Virus record (IMG/VR): IMGVR_UViG_3300003877_000001 | Span: 186,001 to 250,000 of that record | DNA length: 64,000 nucleotides | Direction: 5' to 3' (one strand) | Shown here: piece by piece, positions 1-10,199 of the stretch | How the letters are laid out: each line of letters begins with the position of its first letter | Position numbering within the stretch: the stretch's first letter is position 1 | Made by a program: the position numbers and the translations under genes | The notes under the pieces: generated by a model | Told to the model about the DNA's origin: nothing | Databases searched by the model: none | The model's input: only the letters and a program-made list of their open reading frames with translations

Positions 1-327
1 TATGAATACTTTAAAAAGGATGATGGTGTTTTTAATGAAAATTTCTTTCCAAGAAATCTAATACATAGTTTATCTGATTTTAAAAGGTATTGGAGTACAG
101 AAGCATTAGGAGAAGTTTTTGTACCGCCAATAGGGTCATTAACATTTGATTGCTATTTTGGTCGCACATCCAAACGTGCAATGCATCATATTGGTTTATA
201 CCTTGTTGATAATCACAAAGAAATTAAATCTGCATCGGGGAGTTATTCTGTATTTATTGAACGTGCAGGATTAAATGAACTTGAATTACTAATATTAGAA
301 AAAGCCAATAAACTTGATAATTTTTAA
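1..327 (+). CDS. Hypothetical protein, 5'-truncated by window edge
   Basis: Open frame from position 1 to TAA 325-327. Confidence 0.6.
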   Translation, partial: YEYFKKDDGVFNENFFPRNLIHSLSDFKRYWSTEALGEVFVPPIGSLTFDCYFGRTSKRAMHHIGLYLVDNHKEIKSASGSYSVFIERAGLNELELLILEKANKLDNF

Positions 328-419
328 ATAAAAATAATATGTTAGGACTATCAATAGATTTATTTCATACAGTTCAAGAAATACTTAATGTAGAATTTGG
401 TTTTTAAATATATTTGTTT

Positions 420-427
420 TACCTTTG
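420..427 (+). promoter_or_regulatory. Bacteroidota housekeeping-sigma -7 box (TAnnTTTG); other copies at 977, 1527, 1849, 3572, 6972 (+) and 13439, 16541, 34912, 50830 (-)
   Basis: TACCTTTG/TACATTTG/TATCTTTG/TATATTTG a short distance upstream of gene starts, often followed by the leader ACACTAAAACAAAAACA. Confidence 0.75.
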
Positions 428-655
428 AATTACACTAAAACAAAAACAATTATGGATGTTTACTTAAAAGATGTGGGAGATTTTATGACAATGGTTCTTA
501 ACTCCGATACTGCAAAAGAAGTATTAAATTCACAACCACAATCTGTAAGAAGCAAACTATATGCTGGTGGTACTAAGATGAACTTTGCATACGATTACAA
601 AGCAAAGATCAAAGGATTCCTAAAGAACAAATCACTTTCATTTCAAGAATTTTAA
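425..655 (+). CDS. Hypothetical early protein (real start probably ATG 452)
   Basis: ORF; conserved leader ends at ATG 452. Confidence 0.65.
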   Translation: MNYTKTKTIMDVYLKDVGDFMTMVLNSDTAKEVLNSQPQSVRSKLYAGGTKMNFAYDYKAKIKGFLKNKSLSFQEF

Positions 656-729
656 ATTAATAAATGAGAAATAATTAGGAATTCTTAATTATTATTTGTA
701 CCTTTACAATACACTAAAACAAAAACAAG

Positions 730-933
730 ATGGGAAAATTTAAAGTAGTATTAGAATTTCACTATGATAGTGAAGAAGATATTTCAGATTGGAATATTGA
801 TTGTGAAGTAAAAGCAGTAACAGATGCTGATAAAGCTATTGAAGTTGCACAAGCTGAACTAGAAGCTAACTCACCATACGAATTTTCATTTAATGTTTAT
901 GATGAAGATGGTGAATTTATAAAAAATTCTTAA
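730..933 (+). CDS. Hypothetical acidic early protein
   Basis: ORF with conserved leader. Confidence 0.7.
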   Translation: MGKFKVVLEFHYDSEEDISDWNIDCEVKAVTDADKAIEVAQAELEANSPYEFSFNVYDEDGEFIKNS

Positions 934-1007
934 TAAAAAATATGTACAAGTCCTTTGTTTTTAACATTGGACTTTGTACATTTGTTATACACTAAAACAA
1001 AAACACA

Positions 1008-1235
1008 ATGAAAAAAGTATTATATTATACAGTAGAAAAAGAATTACAAGACATAGACGGTTTTGAAGAAACAACGGGTAATAAAACAATTACTTGTTAT
1101 GATATAATTGATAATAAACCTAAAATCTTTTGTGAAATTGAAACACAAAATACTGAAAATTCAGAGGTTGAAATTCAAGAATATCTTGATAATAATGGGT
1201 ATGAAGATGAAGAATTTGAATTTATAATCCTTTAA
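1008..1235 (+). CDS. Hypothetical acidic early protein
   Basis: ORF with promoter and leader. Confidence 0.7.
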   Translation: MKKVLYYTVEKELQDIDGFEETTGNKTITCYDIIDNKPKIFCEIETQNTENSEVEIQEYLDNNGYEDEEFEFIIL

Positions 1236-1246
1236 TTAAAAATATT

Positions 1247-1447
1247 ATGACACGAACATTTGAAAACACATCCTTTGGAGATGTAGAAGTACGTAACGTA
1301 ATGATAGACTTAGATGGTACTAATCTTGAAGAAGGTCTTGAAATTACAGTAGATAACGTTGAGAAACCTATTGAAGTATATGGTTACTATGACGTTGAAG
1401 AAATGACAACAGATGAACTTGAAGATTTACTTGAAGATAATTATTAA
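1247..1447 (+). CDS. Hypothetical acidic protein
   Basis: ORF preceded by TTAATTAAAAATATTATG. Confidence 0.65.
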   Translation: MTRTFENTSFGDVEVRNVMIDLDGTNLEEGLEITVDNVEKPIEVYGYYDVEEMTTDELEDLLEDNY

Positions 1448-1686
1448 ATAAAAATATTAGTTGGTTGGATTAAATTCTTATTACCACTAGGTATTTTAAC
1501 GTATTTTATAATAAACAATAACTTTTTACCTTTGTATTAAGTATTTAAAAAAACAAAGAATTATGAAAAAAGTAGTAAAAATCGTAGTAGCATTCATAGT
1601 AATAGCACTAGGTTCATGTACAACTTATGCAAGGGTAGAAACACCTACAACAAATCTTTAATTAAAAATAATAACCATCTGAATTA

Positions 1687-1715
1687 AAACCTAGCAGAAA
1701 TGTTAGGTTTTTTAT
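1687..1715 (+). terminator. Intrinsic terminator-like hairpin
   Basis: AAAACCTAGC-AGAAAT-GTTAGGTTTT followed by T run; similar hairpin at 1793-1828. Confidence 0.6.
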
Positions 1716-1864
1716 TTAAAATGCTAATAGGTTTAGATTAGAATACATTAATAGAATATTAAATGATTAATCTTTAATTAAAAATATTATCTAAAAAAAA
1801 AGGTTACAGAAATGTAATCTTTTTTTTTGTATTGTCAAATATTAGTTTTATCTTTGTTGTGTAG

Positions 1865-2641
1865 ATGTTACTTATAGCCTACATATATTTCACACTAAAC
1901 AAAAACAATATGCGAATATCCTTTAAATTAGGTAATACTCTTCAAGTATTTAGATTAGGTAAAACTTCGAATGGTAAGATTAGTCAAGGTAAAGCTAAAA
2001 TACTCCAAACTTATATATTTTCAGTTGAGCAATTTAACTATGTTAAAAATTCTTTAGATAAGAAAACAAAAACTAGTTTCAAAGACTTTTTTGCATTAGA
2101 TGCTGCAAACTGTTTAGATTGTCCTTTTAGTTCGAATAGTGGTAATAGTAAATGTTATACTCATAAGTTTTTCCAGTATAGTGGTTTTGTTATGATGTTA
2201 AAATCTATTGTAAAGGAATTTGATACTATAGATAACGTCCCTGAATACTCAATTGATTTAGGTTTAAAAATCTTAAACATTGCAGAAAATGTTTATGTTA
2301 GGTTTGGCTCGTATGGTGAACCAACAATGCACCCAATTGAATTAGTCCAAGGCGTTGCAAATGTAGGTAATTCATGGACAGGGTACACTCACCAATATGT
2401 TCGTAAACCTGAATATAATAATTGGTTTATGGCTTCAACACATAACCAATTGCAAGCTAATACAGCTAGTGAAAAATTTGGTTTTAGGTCATTCATAGTA
2501 GTAAGAGATAACAACAATGTCCAAGGTGTTATATGTCCAGCATCAAACGAAAGCAAAGCAGATACCAATTGTTCTGATTGTGGGTTATGTTCAGGAGTTA
2601 TCGGTAAAGGTAAAAAAGATGTTGTTATCTTAGAACATTAG
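1865..2641 (+). CDS. Conserved Cys-rich phage protein (gp88-like/radical-SAM-related, probable Fe-S binding); real start probably 1910
   Basis: CLDCPF...CY, VRFGSYGEP, WTGYTHQ, CPAS...CSDCGLC motifs. Confidence 0.55.
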   Translation: MLLIAYIYFTLNKNNMRISFKLGNTLQVFRLGKTSNGKISQGKAKILQTYIFSVEQFNYVKNSLDKKTKTSFKDFFALDAANCLDCPFSSNSGNSKCYTHKFFQYSGFVMMLKSIVKEFDTIDNVPEYSIDLGLKILNIAENVYVRFGSYGEPTMHPIELVQGVANVGNSWTGYTHQYVRKPEYNNWFMASTHNQLQANTASEKFGFRSFIVVRDNNNVQGVICPASNESKADTNCSDCGLCSGVIGKGKKDVVILEH

Positions 2642-2761
2642 TACAATGTTCATTTAGAATATCCTAAACTTTCTAATTTAGGATATTATTTAAACTTTTA
2701 TTTATAAAATTAGGAATTGTAAATATCTTAATGTATTTTAGTAAAACAAAACAAAAACAAG

Positions 2762-3289
2762 ATGGAAAGATTTAATAAAATTTATGAAAATAACCATAGG
2801 ATAGTCTTAGGTTATGTTGCTCAAAAGCTAAATGATTATACATTAGCAGAAGAAATAACCAATGATGTATTCATTAAACTTAGCAAATGTTTAGATTCAT
2901 TCAATGAAGATAAAGCCTCTATGCGAACATGGATCATGACCTTTGCAAAAAATGCTGTTATTGACCAATATAGAAAACGTAATTTGAAAACAATATCTTT
3001 AAATAAAGATTCTGTGGATGGGGAAAACAAATCAATGACCTTGGAGAATAGGATTGTATGTGATATACCAACACCTTACGAAGCATTGAGTTCAAAAGAA
3101 ACTATGTTCAACTTAGATAATGCAATTGCAAATCTAAGTAAGACGGATTTCGATGTTGCTTATTATTTCTTTAAAGAAGAGTTATCTTACGAAGAAATAT
3201 CTAAAACAATGAATATTTCATTAGGTACTGTAAAAGGTAAAATATCGAGAGCAAGAAAATCATTACAAGCTAAATTAGTACACATATAA
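2762..3289 (+). CDS. ECF-type RNA polymerase sigma-70 factor
   Basis: Region 2 (AEEITNDVFIKL...SMRTWIMTFAKNAVIDQYRK) and region 4 HTH (LSYEEISKTMNISLGTVKGKISRARK). Confidence 0.93.
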   Translation: MERFNKIYENNHRIVLGYVAQKLNDYTLAEEITNDVFIKLSKCLDSFNEDKASMRTWIMTFAKNAVIDQYRKRNLKTISLNKDSVDGENKSMTLENRIVCDIPTPYEALSSKETMFNLDNAIANLSKTDFDVAYYFFKEELSYEEISKTMNISLGTVKGKISRARKSLQAKLVHI

Positions 3290-3306
3290 TTTAAATTAAA
3301 AATATC

Positions 3307-3531
3307 ATGACAGATTTTATGACAATAACTCAAGTAGTTGATGCAGCTAGAAATGATGTAAATAATCATATTGCCAATGGTACATTTAAGAAAGAAGGTG
3401 AAGATTGTGAAGACAATGAAGAGAACATCTATACAATTGATGCTCTTTATGCACAATGGGCAGAGAATGAAGAAGCTGCATCTAATGCAATTAGTACAAT
3501 GTTCGAAGAAGAATTTTCAGAATATATGTAA
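3307..3531 (+). CDS. Hypothetical protein
   Basis: ORF with A-rich leader. Confidence 0.65.
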   Translation: MTDFMTITQVVDAARNDVNNHIANGTFKKEGEDCEDNEENIYTIDALYAQWAENEEAASNAISTMFEEEFSEYM

Positions 3532-3554
3532 AATAAATTAAATATAATTAGGAT

Positions 3555-3830
3555 ATGTCAAATATCCTTTTTATATTTGTAGTACACAAAAACAAAAACA
3601 TTATGTCTAATAAAAGAACAATAGTAGAATCGGAAGAAGGTAAGAATCTATTACTCCATGCAGTTATCAATCAGTTAGAAACCGATTTTGATGATAATGA
3701 GTTTGATGCAATAGATGAACTCATTACTAAGCTAATGGAGAACATGGATAATCATGAGATACTTTATAATTATCTTAGTGATTCAGCACAACAAAACTGG
3801 ATGGAAGGTAAAACAACTATAAGATTTTAA
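3555..3830 (+). CDS. Hypothetical protein (real start probably 3603)
   Basis: ORF; promoter TATATTTG 3572 and leader lie inside the annotated 5' end. Confidence 0.65.
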   Translation: MSNILFIFVVHKNKNIMSNKRTIVESEEGKNLLLHAVINQLETDFDDNEFDAIDELITKLMENMDNHEILYNYLSDSAQQNWMEGKTTIRF

Positions 3831-3840
3831 TTAAAAAATT

Positions 3841-4089
3841 ATGGAATTTTATAAAACAACTGAAAAACTTTCTGATATTGTACAACCAAGTCAAGTTGTA
3901 TATGTTCCTGAAAATGCAGAAGATAATGATGATGTATTCTCAAAGCAAGATTTTCTTGATTTATGTAAAGGTGATAAATATATTGCACAAATCGTTTTAG
4001 ACCTTTGTGAATGGCAATCGCCTTATACTGTTATTGATGAATTGATAAGAGAAGAAGAGTTTGAAGAAAATCAATTTAATTTATTTTAA
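3841..4089 (+). CDS. Hypothetical protein
   Basis: ORF with A-rich leader. Confidence 0.65.
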   Translation: MEFYKTTEKLSDIVQPSQVVYVPENAEDNDDVFSKQDFLDLCKGDKYIAQIVLDLCEWQSPYTVIDELIREEEFEENQFNLF

Positions 4090-4243
4090 ATTAAAAATCA
4101 TGGATTTATTTGATAACCCCGAAGCATTATCTAACAATGTCCAAGATGTTCTTATGCATTTGAGGATGAACTTAATAATTTAGTACAAACTTAGAAGGCT
4201 TATTTGCTATATTTAGTGTTAGGCTTTCGTTAATTTTTGAAAT

Positions 4244-4465
4244 ATGGAAATAGATAAATCAAAACAAATTAAATCATTATTTGAAACTTATTTTGATGGT
4301 TGTTACGGAGTAGATGCACAACCAAACACTTCTAATACTTATGAAATGGGTATTTGTAAATTAGATTATGATGAAAAATCTAATATGTTAGATGTGCATT
4401 TACGTAGACCCGGATTGCTAATAGGTGAAGCAGGCTTTATAATAAATAAAGAATTGAATAAATAA
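4244..4465 (+). CDS. Small protein with KH-like motif
   Basis: VHLRRPGLLIG resembles the type II KH motif of ribosomal protein S3. Confidence 0.45.
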   Translation: MEIDKSKQIKSLFETYFDGCYGVDAQPNTSNTYEMGICKLDYDEKSNMLDVHLRRPGLLIGEAGFIINKELNK

Positions 4466-4519
4466 GAAAATGGATTTAATAAATAAGAAAATGGATTTAA
4501 TAAATAAGAAAATGGATTT
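4457..4519 (+). repeat. Perfect 21-bp tandem repeat x3 spanning a stop/start junction
   Basis: (AATAAATAAGAAAATGGATTT)x3. Confidence 0.95.
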
Positions 4520-4736
4520 AAATACTATTATTGAAAAATACGAAAAATCAGACCCAAAGATGGATTTTCTGTTATGGTTCACTCAAAATTACAAATCTAT
4601 CAAAGAAACACAAACTAAGGCATTAAATATAGCCGATGTTAGCAAATCGTTTACTGCGGAAGAAGTAGGAAATATGTTAGCAACAAAGTTTAGTACGATA
4701 GAAGAAGCAATACACTATTTTGATACAATAGATTAG
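4470..4736 (+). CDS. Hypothetical protein
   Basis: ORF; N-terminus MDLINKK repeated. Confidence 0.6.
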   Translation: MDLINKKMDLINKKMDLNTIIEKYEKSDPKMDFLLWFTQNYKSIKETQTKALNIADVSKSFTAEEVGNMLATKFSTIEEAIHYFDTID

Positions 4737-4795
4737 CAGTATATATTTGCTAACGTTGAGTGTAAACACAGTTTAATAACGATTAAATAAAACAG

Positions 4796-5047
4796 ATGAC
4801 AGATAAAGATATAAAAAAGCAATACATTAAAGAGTTTGGGTATAGTTCTTTTAATAAATACAATAATACGGACTATTCTAAATGGTTAGAATGCCAATTG
4901 ATTTCAGCACTAAATGAAGTTATTAAATTGGGTTTACATAGTGTTAGCCAACGAAGTGAACTGGTTTGCGAACACAATTATGTTTATAAAATATTGTATG
5001 ACCATACAGCAGCAGACGTTTGTACTAAATGTGGAAACATTAATTGA
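4796..5047 (+). CDS. Hypothetical protein with C-terminal Cys/His motif
   Basis: CEH...CTKCG. Confidence 0.6.
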   Translation: MTDKDIKKQYIKEFGYSSFNKYNNTDYSKWLECQLISALNEVIKLGLHSVSQRSELVCEHNYVYKILYDHTAADVCTKCGNIN

Positions 5048-5399
5048 TATGAAATTTGAAGTAGATTGTAAAAGTAAAATAAAATCATTTTCTATAATTA
5101 CTAAAAAAATGGAAATGATAATTAGATATTGGGGTGGATTAAATTTTGATATTGTGAGAGCATATAATACACCTAACCCTAATGCCACATAACGGATAGC
5201 AATATGAATAGTAAAATTACGATTTATTAAATTAAAACTTATATAAAATGACAAATGTAGAAAAATTAACACAGTTAGGAATAATAGGCGATGTTAGACA
5301 ATGCTTGGGTGCAGATGATGAAAATGACACATCAGTAGATGATAGAATAAATACAATGAGTAATTCAGGCTTAGTTAAGGCTTGATATAAAGAATTTAT

Positions 5400-5427
5400 G
5401 TAACCTTTAGGGTGTCCTAAACGTATA
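5400..5427 (+). promoter_or_regulatory. Phage ECF-type promoter GTAACC-N16-CGTATA with palindromic spacer; further + copies at 5957, 7806 (palindrome) and 6456, 10255, 11527 (no palindrome)
   Basis: GTAACC TTTAGGGTGTCCTAAA CGTATA upstream of a gene start; motif recurs about 19 times in correct orientation. Confidence 0.8.
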
Positions 5428-5481
5428 ACTAAAAGAATAATATTGAAACAAGTAAAAATAAATTTTTAAGGCATTAAAATT

Positions 5482-5967
5482 ATGGGATATACACATTATT
5501 GGACTTCGAAAGTAGTAAGCGAAGATAAGTTTAAAAAGTTTGCAGCTACTTGTAAGAAATTATATAAAGCATTACCAGATACTAGCGAAACTGCTAGTGG
5601 TTGTTATTCAGATGATGAAATAGTAATTTGTGGTGGTAATGGGAAAGGAAAACCATTGTTCAGAAATGATGAAGTTTGGTTTAACGGAGATGATAAAAGA
5701 GGTCTTGAAGCTTTTTGTATCGAACTAGAGGATAAAGATTATAATTCTTGTAAAACAGAAAGAAAACCCTATGACTTACTAGTTGTAGCCTGCTTAATTG
5801 CAGCACATGAAATTTTAGGGTATGAAATTACAAGTGATGGAGATTTTGAAGATTGGAAACTAGCAATAAATTATTATCTTCGTACATTATATACTAAGAT
5901 GCCAAACGATGAAGCAATTAAATTAATTTTACCAGAATTCATATATAAAGAATATTGTAACCTTTAG
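5482..5967 (+). CDS. Conserved hypothetical phage protein
   Basis: MGYTHYW start, CKTERKPYD motif. Confidence 0.75.
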   Translation: MGYTHYWTSKVVSEDKFKKFAATCKKLYKALPDTSETASGCYSDDEIVICGGNGKGKPLFRNDEVWFNGDDKRGLEAFCIELEDKDYNSCKTERKPYDLLVVACLIAAHEILGYEITSDGDFEDWKLAINYYLRTLYTKMPNDEAIKLILPEFIYKEYCNL

Positions 5968-6014
5968 GATGTCCTAAACGTATAAGTAAAAAACAAAGAC
6001 TAAAAGAAATTATT

Positions 6015-6308
6015 ATGGAACTAAAACATATTATTGATTATCGTTCTATTCACAATATTCTGATAGAGCCAATGAATCAAAAGGAATTAGCTGACAATGT
6101 ACGTAAAGATGGTAGTGTTCAAGCTAAAGTTCTAGTATCATTTGAAAGTATTCTAGCAAATAATATTGATGACTTAAATGATGACGTATCCGAAAAGATT
6201 ACTGGCTCTATCTCAGGATTAACAGATATCAGCTATTCAGTTGCAGGTAGAACAACTAATAACGAATTAATTCTGAAAGTAACAGGAGTACCTGAACTGG
6301 AAGACTAA
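6015..6308 (+). CDS. Hypothetical protein
   Basis: ORF after promoter 5957. Confidence 0.7.
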   Translation: MELKHIIDYRSIHNILIEPMNQKELADNVRKDGSVQAKVLVSFESILANNIDDLNDDVSEKITGSISGLTDISYSVAGRTTNNELILKVTGVPELED

Positions 6309-6414
6309 CAATGTCCAGCTTGACTAGCTGGTAAAATATTTAAGAATACTTTTCTAGGGGAAGGACTAATCAATGTCCATTCGTAGTACCCTAAGAATTG
6401 TTTTTGTTTAAAAT

Positions 6415-6445
6415 CGGGGGAGAGGTGTCTCCCCCATATTTTTTT
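6415..6445 (+). terminator. Intrinsic terminator-like hairpin
   Basis: GGGGAGA-GGTG-TCTCCCC followed by T-rich tract. Confidence 0.6.
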
Positions 6446-6507
6446 CACAATGTACGTAACCTTATTCATTTATATACGTATATACTATTACACAAAACAA
6501 AAACATT

Positions 6508-6921
6508 ATGAATTTTGAATTAAGAAAAATTAAGTACTTCGATGCAATGTCCAAAGAAACTCCTTGCTTTACAGCAGAGATATGGGAGAATGGTAAACAC
6601 GTAGCTGACGTTGAGAACGATGGTCATGGTGGTGGTAATATGGTACACAACATACATGGTGTTAATACCTATAAAGACGTAGCTAAGTTCGACAATATGG
6701 ACGTTGAAGCAAATATATTTGGTATGGTATGGGAAGACTTTGATGTGAAGAGATTACAAACTAAAAATTGGGTTTTGAAAAAAGATGATAAAATATATAC
6801 CGCTAAATTTCCAATGTCTGTTTCAAAAATAAAGAAACATAGTGATTTTGAAAATTGGAAACAAACTCAAATTGCTAACCATATTAGTCATGGATATCAA
6901 GTCTTAAACCGAAATCTTTAA
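6508..6921 (+). CDS. Hypothetical phage protein
   Basis: ORF with leader; ENDGHGG motif. Confidence 0.7.
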   Translation: MNFELRKIKYFDAMSKETPCFTAEIWENGKHVADVENDGHGGGNMVHNIHGVNTYKDVAKFDNMDVEANIFGMVWEDFDVKRLQTKNWVLKKDDKIYTAKFPMSVSKIKKHSDFENWKQTQIANHISHGYQVLNRNL

Positions 6922-7001
6922 TTAAAAATAAAATAAATCACATTCCATTTGGATTTGTGATTTATTCTTTTTACCTTTGAATTACACTAAACAAAAACAT
7001 T

Positions 7002-7295
7002 ATGATGAATCACATGGATGAACGAAATAGAACTGGTAGTGCATTTCGTAATGCAGAAAATCAAGCAAGAATAGACGAGTACGATCAAGGACTGTTCCTG
7101 CACTTAGGTATAGATACAGCTAACCTAACACAGAATCAGGTAGATACAATCCTGATACCTTCTCACGCACCTGAAAACTATATGTGTGATGGTGAGATAA
7201 CATCTAAGCAAGCTGAAACTCGTTGGTTTAAGCAACTGGTACAATCAGGACTTAAAACAAAAGATGTAGCAAGAGCAATGAAATTAGTACGATAA
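7002..7295 (+). CDS. Hypothetical phage protein
   Basis: ORF with promoter and leader; APENYMCDGE motif. Confidence 0.7.
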   Translation: MMNHMDERNRTGSAFRNAENQARIDEYDQGLFLHLGIDTANLTQNQVDTILIPSHAPENYMCDGEITSKQAETRWFKQLVQSGLKTKDVARAMKLVR

Positions 7296-7311
7296 TCTTT
7301 AATTAAAAATT

Positions 7312-7617
7312 ATGGAACTTGAAATAATAAAATCTAAACTTTGTTGGTACGATTTAAGAAATACAGATTCTTCTATGAATGAAGAAGATAAAAAAGAATT
7401 CAATAAAGAAAATGAAAAATGTAATTGTGATAACTGTTTTTATGGTAGACACGAATTAGCAAATGAATTACTTAAAGAACAAAAAGTAGTATTAATCAGT
7501 AAAAGTAAAATGGTGTTGATTGAAGAATTGAAACAAATAGAAGAACTATACTTACCTAACGGTGCTACTGGTGCAGTTTGGTTGGATGATGTTATTGATG
7601 TTATTATAAAACTTTAA
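7312..7617 (+). CDS. Hypothetical protein
   Basis: ORF; CNCDNCFYGR motif. Confidence 0.65.
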   Translation: MELEIIKSKLCWYDLRNTDSSMNEEDKKEFNKENEKCNCDNCFYGRHELANELLKEQKVVLISKSKMVLIEELKQIEELYLPNGATGAVWLDDVIDVIIKL

Positions 7618-7877
7618 ATTAAGAATTATGAGAGAGTATTTTATAGACTTTATTACTTCAGATGGTATTAATAGTCAACATGAAAAAATGGTAATAATTT
7701 TAGAAGAGGATGAAATTCTATCTAATGAATTATTAATTAAGAAATTTCAATCAAAAAGAAATACTACTTTAAAAGTATATATTTCTGATATAAAAAGAAT
7801 TTAATGTAACCTTTAGGATGTCCTAAACGTATAACATAATACGATACACAATTAATTATTCACTAAATCTCAATTAG

Positions 7878-10196
7878 ATGAAATTAGAAAAACAATTAAA
7901 TTCGAAAAACATTCAGTCAACTGGTACAGTTACTGCAATGAAATTAGATGAAGATGCTCACTCAACTATCTTCGAAATTTTTACTAGTGGTTTATACTCC
8001 GATCCTATTGGTAGTATCATTAGGGAAATAACATCAAACTGTTTTGACTCACATGTTGAAGCAGGTAAAGACAATCCTAAAAATCCTGTTGTTGTTAAGT
8101 TAACCAATGAGGTTTCAGGCACGTTCATATCTTTTATAGATAAAGGTGTAGGAATGTCTCCCGATAGAGTACACAACATCTATGGTACTTACTTCAAATC
8201 AACTAAGAACCAAACAAACGATCAAATTGGTGGTTTCGGTTTAGGTGGTAAAACTCCATTAGCTTATACTGATAGTTTCTTTCTTATCACACGTTTCGAA
8301 GGTGTAGAATACATCTACAATATCTTTATGGGCAATGATAGTCCAATGGTAGAATTGATGTCGCAGGAAACCACTAAGAAAGTTAATGGTAGTGAAGTAA
8401 AGATACTTATTAAACCTAACGACCTTACAGCTTTTGAAAAGAAAACATTACGTCAATTGTACTACTTCGAAAACATAGTGTTTGAAGGTTTTTCAGATTA
8501 TTATGTAACCAATGATTATACAATTGCCAAAGGTGATACATTTCTTTATAGAGGTGATACATACTCTAGAAGTATGCACGTTTGTTTAGGTAAAGTAGCC
8601 TATCCTATAAACTTTGAAGCACTGGATGTTGAAGAGTCTGATTATAACTTACCTGTTGCTATTAACATTGAAATTGGTGAGTTAGACAATGGTGGTGTAA
8701 CACGTTCAAGAGAAGAACTTAAATACACTGATAAGAATAAGAAGATCATCATAAACAAGATGAAAGCTGTTAAAGCAGAGTTGATGGAATTATTGTCTAA
8801 ACAACTTGACAATGTACAAACCATGCAAGACTATTATAAGGTTATAGATAATCTTGGTGAACTTCGTCTTGGTGATAAGGTATTGAATGTTGATAGCATA
8901 GATAAAAACGATGTTGTCTTTCCTAACTTCAAATACAATGATTTGAAGATGCCTAAGATAGGTGACTTGGTTACTACTTTCTACAACAAGAAAATGTTTG
9001 GTAAGAAAGAAAGTACTAGGTATGGTTATGGAAATTACAAAGGTACTTTTGAATCAATGAATGAAAAAGATAACGTATATTTTGTTGATGGTGAATTTAA
9101 AAGAGTTGTTTTAAAGCAATCATATTTACAATGGAAAAGTGATAGATTTTTTCTTCATACTCCAATTGAATTTACTGAAACTGGTATGGCTATCCTAAAG
9201 AAAGAACTAGGATTAACTACTTCTAAAGAAATTCCTTTTACTAAGAAGCAAATAGCAGCTAAAGAAAAAGCTAAAAAGAAAGCAGAAGATAAGGGTGAAT
9301 TTTACGTGATGGGTGATTTGTTTAATATAAGAACCATTAATGTAATTCCTAAAGCCAAAGGTGAGAAGTTAATTGCTGACTTACAAAAAGATGTTCATGC
9401 CTTAATGGTTAAACATGCTAAGAACTACGATGATTTAGTAGTACCTGATGATTACATTGCTCTTAGAAAGCAGAATAGAATGTCCGCAACTGTTCTTAAA
9501 ACTGGTATTCCTGTTAAAGATAAAGGTTACTACGGTTACAGAACCAAATTGAAGATGGAAGATTTTGTTAATCACAATGGTAAAATCTACTACGGTTTTG
9601 CAGATGATAGTTACGCACTTGAAAATGGAAGTAGTATTTTCGATGAAATTAGTGGTAGTGAAAACAAATCTAAAATAAATAGATATGGTGATAATGATAC
9701 TAAAGGTACAATGTTCATTCAAATATCTAAAGGTAATGAGAAGTACTTAAAGATGCTTGGTAAGAAAGCTGTACACATTAATTACTTCTACCAAACTTAT
9801 GTATCACGTAAAATTGATATGATTGTACAAAACAAAACCTATGCAAAAGCAGAAGAATTGTTTAATGAGAATGTACTGGGTGTTTTTAATAAAAGTATCT
9901 TTAAACAAATTGATGAAGATATTTACTCTATGGCTTGTAAAGTTAATGATAGTCTTGAAAGTCATAAGGTGTTCCACTACATTAGTACAAGTACAATACT
10001 GAACAAACTTAAAATTGATTTAGATGATGTACAGGTGGAGTTCAAACATAAAGAAGAACTTGAAAAACTAACTAAGATTAGTAATGGTTGTAGAGATAGA
10101 CTGAAATGGATTAGTTTTCCTTGGGAATTAAATCCTGAAACAGAAAATGCTGATAAAGAATTAATTGAGATGGTGAATTTGTGTATCGACAAGTAA
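7878..10196 (+). CDS. rIIA: RIIA-like protein (N-terminal GHKL/HATPase domain)
   Basis: LYSDPIGSIIREITSNCFDSH, DKGVGMS, STK..TNDQIGGFGLGGK; adjacent to an rIIB-like gene. Confidence 0.85.
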   Translation: MKLEKQLNSKNIQSTGTVTAMKLDEDAHSTIFEIFTSGLYSDPIGSIIREITSNCFDSHVEAGKDNPKNPVVVKLTNEVSGTFISFIDKGVGMSPDRVHNIYGTYFKSTKNQTNDQIGGFGLGGKTPLAYTDSFFLITRFEGVEYIYNIFMGNDSPMVELMSQETTKKVNGSEVKILIKPNDLTAFEKKTLRQLYYFENIVFEGFSDYYVTNDYTIAKGDTFLYRGDTYSRSMHVCLGKVAYPINFEALDVEESDYNLPVAINIEIGELDNGGVTRSREELKYTDKNKKIIINKMKAVKAELMELLSKQLDNVQTMQDYYKVIDNLGELRLGDKVLNVDSIDKNDVVFPNFKYNDLKMPKIGDLVTTFYNKKMFGKKESTRYGYGNYKGTFESMNEKDNVYFVDGEFKRVVLKQSYLQWKSDRFFLHTPIEFTETGMAILKKELGLTTSKEIPFTKKQIAAKEKAKKKAEDKGEFYVMGDLFNIRTINVIPKAKGEKLIADLQKDVHALMVKHAKNYDDLVVPDDYIALRKQNRMSATVLKTGIPVKDKGYYGYRTKLKMEDFVNHNGKIYYGFADDSYALENGSSIFDEISGSENKSKINRYGDNDTKGTMFIQISKGNEKYLKMLGKKAVHINYFYQTYVSRKIDMIVQNKTYAKAEELFNENVLGVFNKSIFKQIDEDIYSMACKVNDSLESHKVFHYISTSTILNKLKIDLDDVQVEFKHKEELEKLTKISNGCRDRLKWISFPWELNPETENADKELIEMVNLCIDK

Positions 10197-10199
10197 GCC

